Assembly (NCBI GenBank): GCA_051530055.1
Contig: CM121341.1
Span: 3,631,761 to 3,695,760, forward strand
DNA: 64,000 nt
Direction: 5' to 3'
Source: Neoechinorhynchus agilis
Taxonomy: Eukaryota > Animalia > Acanthocephala
This document shows positions 36,506 through 48,100 of this stretch, in pieces. Under the pieces are notes generated by a model. The model saw only the letters and a program-made list of their open reading frames with translations. It was not told the DNA's origin and did no database searches. Position 1 is the stretch's first letter; each line of letters begins with the position of its first letter. The translations under genes were made by a program, and so were the position numbers.

Positions 36506-39500
36506 ATGCCAACCGATGAAGATTCAATGGGTCAAACTAAGCCGATATCTCTATCTGGATTTACGGTTGCATTAAGGTCAAAATTTATGAAATCACTAAG
36601 ACAAAGCGGTCACATTTTGCCATTTAAACAACTCTATAGATTTGCTCCAACGAACGCAATGATACTCTCATGGATTGGTGTTATTGTGGCTGTTCTAAAT
36701 TCAACATTGATGCCATTTATGTTCATTGTGTTTGGCGATACAACTGATCTTTTTATAAACAAGAATATATGCGGTGTGCTTAACATTTACGAGATCTATG
36801 ATATTTGTCCAGCCGAAGTAAACGACCTCAACTTTCATTTGCTTTATCATAAATGCAATTTGTCTCTTCCAGGAGCGGAGATCCCAAAAATTGATTTAGT
36901 AAAGAGATCCTCGTTTAAACTTATACACTTCACGTTGATCGGATTGGGCACTTTCATTTTCTCTGCCATTCAAAATATTTCGTTTTCTTATGCTGGAGAA
37001 TTAATTGTTCGTGAGTTACGTAAACGGCTTTTCCGATCAATATTATCACAATCTGTTCATTGGTGTCAATCGCATGATGTAAACACTTATCTCACTGATA
37101 ATGTCAATCGGTTCAAAGATGGAATCAGCGATCGGATCGGGTTTGTTGTTCAAGCGTTGGGCACGCTGATAACTGTAATCGTCTTTAGTCTTTTTAAAAA
37201 TTGGACTTATGCATTAGCCGTGATCGCAGGATCACCGTTGCTCGTCTTTGCGTCCATCTTAACCACTATTGTTACACTGAGAAATAAAAATGATGATTTA
37301 CACTTGGAAGCTGAAGATATAGCAGGACAGACGATCCGAAATATTCGAACTGTTCAAGCTTTCGATGGACAACGAAGAGTTATTAAACAATATCAAAGTC
37401 ATTTGAATCAGATAAAGTTCGCAGGTATCAGGAAGGCAACTTTAAATGCACTAATGTCATCGATTCTTTGGTTCGCTATATTCGTAACGTACGCTCTTGG
37501 ATTCTGGTACGGTGGACGACTTGAAATCGACGGCAAAATATCCATTGGTGCTATTCTTACAGTGTTTCTAGGGATCCAAGCGGCCATCTATCGAGTCGGT
37601 AATGCATTTTATCATCTAGTATCGATCAATCAAGCTCGAGCAGCGGGATATATCCTCTATCAACTTATAACGAATATTTGCTATTTTTCTCAATATCTTA
37701 TAGAATCCCCCCAAAAAAAAATTTAAAGCAGATTTCGTAATGTTTTAAAAGTTACGAACCGGTTTCAGAGATCTAGAAACAATCCATCAGTGTTTTTTAT
37801 TGGGTGTCCTTTTAATAGCAAATATTCCCATAGACGCCAATCATGACGGAAATACGGAACCGGATGAAATTACAATGAAAACTGATTCAGGTCATTTGCA
37901 CAAAAAAGATATTGTGTTCAAAAGCGTTTCATTTTCATATCCTAATCGTCCTGATGTCAAAGTTCTCGAAGATTTCAGTTTAATGATACCCGGTGGAAAA
38001 ACAACTGCTTTGGTAGGAACAAGTGGATCCGGTCGATCTGCACTTGTACATTTATTGCTTCGGAATCATCAAGCGCAATCAGGGGCGATTTTAGTTGGTG
38101 GCATAGATATTGGAAAGTTTGAAGTTCGATCATATCAGAGTCGAATCGGACTATTAACCCATGATCCATCTTTGTTTTCAGTGTCAATTGCATCCAATGT
38201 CCGATTTGGAAAGAAAAATGCAACAGATGGAGAGATCAGGACGGTTTGTAAAATCGCAAATGCTGAAGAGTTTATAAGACAACTTCCTTCACAATACAAA
38301 ACGCAAATTAATCAATCGAGATTGAATGATGAACAGAAACAAAAGGTTGCAATAGCTAGAGTTTTGATCAGCGATCCCCAAATTCTAATAGTAGATAAAG
38401 TAACAAGTGGACTTGATAGCCAAAATGCGAATAGAGTTCATGAGATTCTGCGTAATGTCAGTAGAGGTCGCACCACCATAATTATTGCTTGCCGATTGAG
38501 CCAAATCCGGAATGCTGATTTCATTGTTCATATGCATAAAGGTCGAATTGTCGAGTTAGGTACTGATCGGGAGCTGATGGAACGAAATGGCATATACAGC
38601 CTATTGGTAAAGATGGAATCTAAACAAACTGATGAAGATTTTGATTGGGAAGCTAAACAGATGAGAGCGAAAAAAAATCCTATTAGAAGCATATCTGATC
38701 ATGCTAGTACATTTGAGAATAAAGATTTTGACGAAAGAGATGTTACAGTGTTCATGTTCAGAATGAACAAACCTGAGTTCATTTTCGTGTTTATCGGTTG
38801 CCTATCTTGTGCTGGATTTGGTCTGATGCAAACATTGTTTGAGATTTACTTTGCTAAAACCGTCGTAGGGTTTGCAATTTGCTGGGATGATTCACGCATC
38901 GAATCGATCAATGGATTTTGTTTAATCTTCGTTGTATTTTCTATTATATCCCTTGTTGTCCAAGTTGTGTCCGGTTATTGCTTTGGAGTATCCGGCGAAA
39001 ATTTGACAAAACGTCTTCGTACCAACATTTTCGAATTGCTACTGAGACAAGATATCGCGTTTTTTGATCGACCAAATAATTCAGTTGAACGTTTATGTAC
39101 AATGTTATCATCTACAGCATCCTTAGTGCACGGATCAACTGGAATTCGACTTGGTGTTATTGTATCCGATTTGTGTATACTCACAACTGGAACAATATTG
39201 GCACTGGTGTACTCATGGAGATTGACACTCGTGTTTGCTGCTTTCGTTCCGTTTCTAACACTCGCAACATTTTTAAGCATGAAATTCAAAAATCAATTCG
39301 ATGTTAACGACAAAAATCGCCTTAAAAAAGCCCATGTTTTGATCGATGAAGCATTGCCTAATATTGTGAAAGTTAAACAATTAAACATTGAACAGAACTT
39401 TATCGATGAATACGATGCGATTATAGAAGATGCGTTCAGTAAAACTGTAAAAAAATGTATAATCATAGGATTATTGTTTGGAATTTCCCAATCAATTGTA

Positions 39501-40475
39501 TTTTTCACTATTGGAACGGGATTCTTTGCATCGGCTCATTTTGTTGAGCGACAAAAAATGGATATTCAAGAAATGATGATTGTATTTGCCGGACTGTTAT
39601 TCGCATCAATGGCATTGGGACAGAATCAGGTCACGGCACCAACGAACACTAAATCTCGGGAAGCTGCAGTCGCGATCTATGAATTTTTGAAGAGCCAACC
39701 CGAACTAGACAGTATGACTGACGAAGGGATTATACCGAAGACGTTCAATGGGCATTACAGTTTCAGTAACGTAAACTTTCATCATCCTTTATTGGACAAT
39801 CTTCAAGTTCTAAAGAATATCTCCGCCAGTTTCGAGGGCGATTCGAAAATTGCTATAATTGGTCGCCTAGAGAGTGGTACAAGTATGATTTTAAAGCTGA
39901 TGGAGCGCTTTTATGCCCCTACATCAGGTGAAATCTTCGTTGATGGAATAAATATAAAAGATATAAATATTCGATGGTATCGGAGACAACTTGGGTTAGT
40001 GGAAAGCTATCCGGTTTTGTTTAATTGGTCGATAGGTGAGAATATAAAGTTTGGAGACACGAGCAGGGATAAGATACCTACCGAAGAAATCCGTAAAATA
40101 GCAGCTTTAGTTAATATTGACGATTTTATCAGTGGCCTCCCAGATGGATATGACACTCAAGTGGGTTGCAATGAAGTTCAATTGACACCTAATCAAAAAC
40201 AATTGATTTGTATTGCTAGAGCACTGATCCGAAGACCGAAATTTTTGTTAATAGATGACACAATGTTGGACCAAGAATGTGAGCAGAGAATCTTGACTCA
40301 CATGGCAGAAACTCAAAATGGAGTCATAATCGCTGCGAGTGCAGTTGAGGCACACACAAATTACAATCATATTTTTGTTATAAGTCACGGTGAAGTGGTT
40401 GAAAGTGGAAACCACTCTTCGTTGTTAAAAAAAGACGGTCTATACGCTCAATTGAGCATTTTATCCAAAAAATAA
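36506..40475 (+). CDS. Full-length ABCB (MDR/P-glycoprotein-like) protein, TMD-NBD-TMD-NBD, with degenerate nucleotide-binding motifs
   Basis: The N-terminal part (FKQLYRFA...MILSWIGVIVAVLNSTLMPFMFIVFGD...IRTVQAFDGQ...YALGFWYGGRL) is followed by the 891-aa ORF with FSYPNRPDVKVL, GENLTKRLR, LLRQDIAFFD and a second NBD. One interruption lies at ~37680-37818. Confidence 0.93.
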
Positions 40476-40482
40476 AAAGCGA

Positions 40483-43400
40483 TTATGAATAAAATGCTTG
40501 GTACGGATCACAATTAACACAATCAACCATGTCATTCGCAGATCCAGATTCAAAGTTGTCGTGAGTTCTCTCAAGGATTGCTAGAATTCTTTAAAATCAA
40601 TGAGTACGTTACTCAATTTTTAAACCATCTTTTACTTACTGTTTGAGAACTTCGTCGTTTCGGTACACCGTTTCATCGATTTGTCTTTGCTTCTTCTTCA
40701 AATCTGTAATTCTGGATTCGATAAAGGGTTAAATGGGATCTTTCTTGAAATTTTAAGATTCATAAAAAGGGAGATCATCTAAACTTCGAAAAGTTGTCAC
40801 AGTTTAAAACTAGAAACCATTATGCATTTGTATTTTTAGGTCATTGTTTCCTATACAATTACAAACTTTCATTTTTGGGTAATCAATTACGTTATTAAAA
40901 ATTGCAACAACTAACAAACCGAATACAAATTTCCCAAGCACGTATCGATCAATTCGATCTAAATAAGATGCTCATAAAGTTTTTAACACTAGTTTTTGAT
41001 TCTAATTGGTCATTTCGCATCGCTTTAGAGTACAACAAAAGCCCACTACAGTACAATTCTTAGAATAGGATAAGAATTTTGCTCAGTATTGTATATTATA
41101 ACCGTTACGTACGGACATTTTAAAAAATTGATTGGCTTGAGTAGATTTCGTTTTGAGACATAGCGACGAATCTTGGTCGTTGGCGTTCAATCGACCGGCT
41201 ACACAAAATCCGATGCACTCACTTAAAAGCTAATTAAGTTATAATTAAATACAGAGATAATTAAAATTTTACTTACAGACTTTGAGATTTGCCGTAGTTC
41301 TTGCAAATTGATTTCAGGTGAATTGCTCATCTTTTCCATAAACTCATTGAACACTGAGCGGTGTTCAAAAAAGTTCTGAACGCAATTGCTTATAGTCAAA
41401 ATAAGATGCTTAAAAGTCAAAAAAGTTTAAACATCAATTACTTACCACATCCATATTTCCCATTCTTTGTGTATACTTAAAAGTTTGGGGTATAATTCTG
41501 TCATTACAATATCAACCATTTTTTGTCTTAATGATCTCAGATGAATCCTTCGATTCATATGAGCCACTGTTTTCTCAGAGTTAAAATGTTGCTGTTTGGT
41601 TTCCAATTCAAATTGGTCCAAAAGAATAAGTCCGTTGTCGATTAAAGATTTCATACGCTCGTTTCTAAAATAATTTCTTGCCTTCATGCATGCCAAATGC
41701 TTTATGAGAATTTCGCTAAAAAAACCCCGCAAATTGCCGTGATTTTTTATCCCTGTAATAATTATAATCCCACCAATTACTGGAAAATAGGAAGACAAAG
41801 TGCGACCCAATAATTATTTTGTTTTAAACTTATAGACAACCTCGGATAATGGAAACCGTGATAATTGCAAGAGTTTGTTGATACCGAGAAAGCCTCATGC
41901 ATGGTTCTTACCTTTTATTACGATCAGCAATTAAAATCGCTGAATGCTTGATTTTACTAAATCCCTCCATTTTAGCAACTGCCAAATCGCATTGTGAAAA
42001 GTGAGAATAAATCTTGTAAATAACAAGCTGTGTTTTTTTAAAATAATATGAAACTCACTTCATCGTATTGAGATCTAAGTTCATTTAGATCATCGATCAG
42101 AGTTATACCATGCAATGTGTCGGTTTCGATGGAGCTTGTGATTGATTGAATATCAGAGTCAATATCATAAAGTTGTTGTTTTATCAAACTTAGTTGTTTT
42201 TGAGAAGTGTTCAATTCAGTTTGTATGTGAAGGCTGATTTGGTCACAGTTAAGATTTAATTAAACGAAGAATTTAAAAACTCACTTGATCGTCAAAGCAG
42301 TTGATTTTATAGAATCAGGAATAATCTGCATTCTATCAGCAACCTTTAAAATATGATACATACTGCCAATTGTTTCTCGTGCCCATAAGTAAGCATCTCT
42401 GACATTATTGTTCCGCTTCATTGGATGAACTTCGACTATTTCAAAAAGATTTGGTGTAACTGTTATAAAAAATCGAGTACTTACAGATTATTGGTTTCAC
42501 AATATAACTCTGTTCACGGCTTAAGGAACAAAGAACAAATTGGGAAGTTAAATCTGTGGTTGATTGAAGCACTTGGGTCATTTTTGAAGTTAAAATTTCG
42601 TTAGAAACGAGAAGTATTTGATCAATGCATGTTTTGCTGACACTCGAAACTTCCTCAAATAATTTGCAGACTCTTTAGAAATTATAGACAGAGAAATAGA
42701 GAAATTTTGTGGTATACTGACGTTGATTTCGGTGCCAATAAAACTTGCTCCTCTTGAAAAGTATTTGAATTGAAAACGTTTGAGATTGTGAATTGGGAAA
42801 TTGTGTGAGCTTCTGAAAAATACGCTTCAACCGGGAACAACCCCGTGACATGAGCGTCTAGAAGGCTTCCCAATAATGGCTCCAGTTTGTTTTTAAGCAT
42901 TCTAATTAAAATTTAAATGCGAAAAAGAAGAGAAAACGAACGCAGAGTATCCGCATGTCTTGGGAAATTTTTCGAAATAATCAATTGGACCGTTTTCCTG
43001 CCGTTGAACACCACTTAAGCAACCTGTTGGTTTTTCTTTTATTATTTTTAACCTAAACAGCTAAATCAAAAATGTTAATCCTTTTAAAAGGCGAATTACA
43101 TAGTCGGATAATCTTTTCGAACTCCAGCAAATGGTCTGAATGGTATCTGCCCTGTCGCTGCCTGATACAAAGTCACTCCAATTGTCCACAATTCACTTTC
43201 AGTTTTGAAGATCGGAGGACTCTCACGGGACAACCAATATTCAAACATGGGTGGCGGCTTTATAACGTTTAGATTAATTCAATTAACAATTTACAGACTC
43301 ACCAAATATTCTGCAGTTCCAACCAAGGATTGAAAGCCTTCCTCGTAGTCATAAAATAACTGCTTTGCGGCACCAAAATCGGCAAGTTTATATATTTTTC

Positions 43401-44662
43401 TAAAGAAATTTCACCAATAGATTTCTATCCATAAGCATACGATCCGTCTTGTCCTAATTGAACCATAATGTTGCTTGGTTTGATATCTCGATGAATAATG
43501 TTTTGACTTCTTAAATATTTCATCCCTTCGGCTATGTTCTCATGGAATTTGTGAGAAAAGGGTATGAAACTCGTACCCAAGTCTGAAAATAGATCCATAA
43601 AATCAGATTGACAAAGACCGTAGCAGTTTTGAGGTTGTTCAAGCAAGGTTTGTAAGCTTCCTATTGAGCAAAATTCCATTACGAGTATTCGTTGAGTATC
43701 ATGATACCGTGATGAGTGCTTATTCGAGAAATTATTGTCACAGTGCACAATAGAGGAAACTTACCAAAATATCTACTCCAAGAAGCTTTATTACATTTGG
43801 ATGCGATAAACCCTGCATCGTAGCCAATTCTTTAAAACTTGATTCCAGCTGATCGCCTTTATATGTTCGTTTGCTCAACGGATGAAAAACCTTGGCGGCA
43901 ACTGTTTCACCGTCGCACTATTCTCAGCAGAATCGATAATTGAAATTAAAAATTTAAAGATAGAACGAACTATTCGATGTGCCCGAAACACGTCTGCTGT
44001 AGATCCGGCACCGATGAGGTCACTGATTGACCAAAAGTACTGACTCGTCTTTTCCTAGATCCAGTGGAAATTATAGCTCTTCAAAAAAAGGGTGAAATTA
44101 TACACAAAAGCAAAAAAATTCCTAATAAGAAAAGATTATGGACGATATTGTCCCCGTAAATTTTCAGAATGACCCTTTTCGATCGGATTCTCTTAGTCTC
44201 CGATATAAAATGGTTTAAAAATGGACTAATATCAATCCGTAGATTTCCCTGATCAATAAAATTGGTTAAATACACTTTAAAACAGTCTTTAAAATTGCTA
44301 AGAAAGTTATGGATATTAAGACCTTGACTGAGAATTTGAGTAAGCTTCTCACAAATACTGTGTTAGATTGGTTTAAAGCATTGGAAAAAATACAAATCAA
44401 AATCCGTAAATAGTATATTAAAGCCCAAATCTCTTCTTTGTTTAATTTGATGTTTAACAACACGTTTTCTTCGAAATTAATTTGATCCGTGGATGTGAAC
44501 GTCGAATAGTTCATTAAATGGATCGGCGACCTAAATCTTTCTACGATCTTTTCTAAGGTCTCATTTGGTCGAATAAATATCAAAAAAAAACACTTATCAA
44601 TCAAACTGTAGTTGAGTATGGCACAACGGTAGATCATCATCAGTCAATATAGTCTTTACCAT
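40483..44662 (-). CDS. TBK1: TBK1/IKKepsilon-family Ser/Thr kinase (multi-exon)
   Basis: The spliced kinase domain reads QYFWSISDLIGAGSTADVFRAHR / GETVAAKVF...HPNVIKLLG / ILVMEFCSIGSLQTLLEQPQNCYGL...F / AEGMKYLRSQNIIHRDIKPSNIM / IYKLADFGAAKQL...SLVGTAEYL. Later exons resemble the TBK1 scaffold and coiled-coil regions. The start (ATG|GTAAAG at 44662) and stop (40483-40485) are inferred from splicing. TBK1 versus IKBKE is not resolved. Confidence 0.9.
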
Positions 44663-45155
44663 TTCCTTTATCTTGTACACGAGTGACAGAAAACAGAAAG
44701 TTTTCGTTCTTTTCCCTTATGACATTTTTTTGTTTGCGGTGAAAGGTCAGCTCTATTTTTCGCGATTTTCACGCTTTAAAAAAAGTATCAATGAGTTTGT
44801 GTGTGTGTGTGCCAACGTTATCCACCAATCAAATCAGATAAACTATAGATATAATCATGTGAAACAAGATAATATACAAGAGCAGAGTGTTTCAGGTACA
44901 GTCGAGAGGATTGTGCACTTAAAATCACTTAGGTTTTTTGTCGATTGTTTCCGTTCAGATGTGAAATTTATATCGATAGATGGGGAGATTTAAAAGATGA
45001 CGTAAGCTCACGCATTGAACGATCAAATCAATTGAAGACAATTTGATCGGTATCGGCTCTTTTTTTTAAATTGAGTGAGCGTATGCACGATTCCGAACTC
45101 TACAGTGCCCGTTTACACTCTGCTTTTGTTTCACACACACTGCTGCAGTCTTTTG

Positions 45156-48100
45156 TCAAACAATTGCTTTATCCATTCCATTAGTAGCGCCGTTCCTAAT
45201 AGAAGAAGAAGCACAGTGAATATTGCCATTGAGAGAGTAGTTTGACGAAGTCGAGTGAACAGACGATTGCTTTTGTTGATCCTTTGGTCTTTTTAGTTGA
45301 ACTTTTAGACGTTTCATCCCGATTTGGAAACCGTTCATGCCTTGTATGGCTGCTTGTGCCGACACAGGGTTGTCGAAACTTACGAATCCTATTTATATTG
45401 GATGATTGAAATCAAAAGAATGTCTTCAAATTAAAAAAACACCTACCGAAACATTTACTTTGATTTGTAGCACGGTCCACATAGACCTTGGCACTCAACA
45501 CAGTACCAAAACTCACGAACATGTGAGCAAGGTCAATGTCGCCGAACTCTTGCGGTAAATGGTAAATAAACAAGTTGCATCCTTCAGGACCAACAAACAA
45601 TACTTCTTTTGAGCTCGTTATTGTATTTATCATTCCATTTGATTGAGGAATGGGTTGTTGATGAAACAATGGATGTGTTGTGACTTGTGGACCAGTTGGA
45701 TAAGCCGCTGCTGCCATTGAGTTAGTCAGTGAGGATGTAGGAAAGACTGGTGTTGCCGCCGAGGGAGGTGTTGATTCGTTCGAAGAATTCCCATTCGATT
45801 GTGTTTGTTGTGACTGCTGATAGTTCAAATGGGAAGGTACCGATGATACGACAGGCATTCCGTTAGTGTGTTGTGGAAACATTGCAAAATTAAGAGGTAT
45901 CAACGTAGTAGCACCAGCACAATTTGTAGCGGTGGCATAAAATATTGAGTCTTAGTATCGATAAGGTATTTTTCTTTTAAGACTCAATACTGTACAACGT
46001 TGGCTGGTTGGTTGTTGATCCTGCTGGCACGTATTGTGGTTGTGGTGGTGCCGCAGCAGCGTTAACGGCACCACCATATCCCTGATGTTGTTGACTCGCA
46101 GCGACAGCAGCCGCGGCGGCATAAGCGTTAAATACTTGATTGAACAGGTACTGTTGGTTCATATAGGCCGCTGCCGCCGCCGCAGGGTTTGGGGTCAACG
46201 ATGATAGACCAGTTCCAGTTCCATAATGAGTCTGAGTAACAATTGGCACTGGAATGGCACCAAAATGTCCACCAGCCGTAGCCGCCGCAGCAGCCGCGGC
46301 TGCAGTTGCAGCATTGTATTGTTGTTGCATTTTCCTTATTTGCCGTTCTCGTTCGTTGTCTGCAAATTTAACAACAATGCTGGACGAAGCTCCCTGTTTT
46401 GAACACAAGTTAGAGAGAAAGTCTTATGTGAAGGGAGCAAAATAGCAGTCTGATGTGCACACAAACACGAGGAATGTCATTCGGGAAGGGTGGAAAAGAG
46501 CACGCGTGAGCGAAAATGATAAATTATACAATAAAGGAGAGATCTTAATCGATGTAACAGATTACGAACATTGAACGTTTCCAAATGGCGGCGTGGAATG
46601 GCGCCCAACGGTGCCTATTTTGTCTAGTGGTGGTGGTGGGTGCCACTTATGAAAAACTTGTGAACGAATCTTGAGTATCAATATCGGGGAAATTGATTCT
46701 TCTTTTGATTAGAAAAACGCAGTTTATACAAACATTTTGACCATCTAACCGATTATGAACATTGAACGTTTCCAAATGGCGGCGTGGAATGGCGCCCAAC
46801 GGTGCCAATTTTGTCTAGTGGTGGTGGGTGCCATTTATGAAAAACTAGTGAACGAATCTTGAGTATCAATATCGGGGAAATTGATTCTTCTTTTGATTAG
46901 AAAAACGCAATTTATACAAACATTTTGACCATCTAACCGATTATGAACATTGAACGTTTCCAAATGGCGGCGTGGAATGGCGCCCAACGGTGCCAATTTT
47001 GTCTAGTGGTGGTGGGTGCCATTTATGAAAAACTAGTGAACGAATCTTGGTAATATCGGGGAAATTGATTCTTCTTTTGATTAGAAAACGCAATTTATAC
47101 AAACATTTTGACAATCTAACCGATTATGAACATTGAACGTTTCCAAATGGCGGCGTGGAGTGGCGCCCAACGGTGCCAATTTTGTATAGTGGTGGTTGGT
47201 GCCACTTATGAAAAACTAGTGAACGAATCTTGAGTATCAATATCGGGGAAATTGATTCTTCTTTTGATTAGAAAAACGCAATTTATACAAACATTTTGAC
47301 CATCTAACCGATTATGAACATTGAACGTTTCCAAATGGCGGCGTGGAGTGGCGCCCAACGGTGCCTATTTTGTCTAGTGGTGGTTGGTGCCACTTATGAA
47401 AAACTAGTGAACGAATCTTGAGTATCAATATCGGGGAAATTGATTCTTCTTTTGATTAGAAAAACGCAATTTATACAAACATTTTAAGAATCTAACCGAT
47501 TATGAACATTGAACGTTTCCAAATGGCGGCGTGGAGTGGCGCCCAACGGTGCCTATTTTGTCTAGTGGTGGTGGGTGCCATTTATGAAAAACTAGTGAAC
47601 GAATCTTGAGTATCAATATCGGGGAAATTGATTCTTCTTTTGATTAGAAAACGCAATTTATACAAACATTTTGACCATCTAACCGATTATGAACATTGAA
47701 CGTTTCCAAATGGCGGCGTGGAGTGGCGCCCAACGGTGCCTATTTTGTATAGTGGTGGTTGGTGCCATTTATGAAAAACTAGTGAACGAATCTTGAGTAT
47801 CAATATCGGGGAAATTGATTCTTCTTTTGATTAGAAAAACGCAATTTATACAAACATTTTGACCATCTAACCGATTATGAACATTGAACGTTTCCAAATG
47901 GCGGCGTGGAGTGGCGCCCAACGGTGCCAATTTTGTCAGTGGTGGTGGGTGCCATTTATGAAAAACTAGTGAACGAATCTTGAGTATCAATATCGGGAAA
48001 TTGATTCTTCTTTTGATTAGAAAACGCAATTTATACAAACATTTTGACAATCTAACCGATTATGAACATTGAACGTTTCCAAATGGCGGCGTGGAGTGGC

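Noticed and set aside
37649-37830. U12-type AT-AC intron in ABCB (ATATCCTCT at 37649, TCCTTTTAAT near 37807)
   Set aside because: Splicing to the next AC would shift the frame and remove residues (YILYQLI, PID) that align with ABCB1.
37975-39508. Minus-strand ORFs overlapping ABCB, and similar ones over Nup160, Par-3 and MTRFR
   Set aside because: Antisense shadows of long coding regions, with no independent signal.
46575-46680. Pol III A-box-like TGGCGGCGTGG in satellite D, suggesting a tRNA or SINE origin
   Set aside because: No convincing B-box or cloverleaf. I found no tRNA or rRNA gene anywhere in the window.
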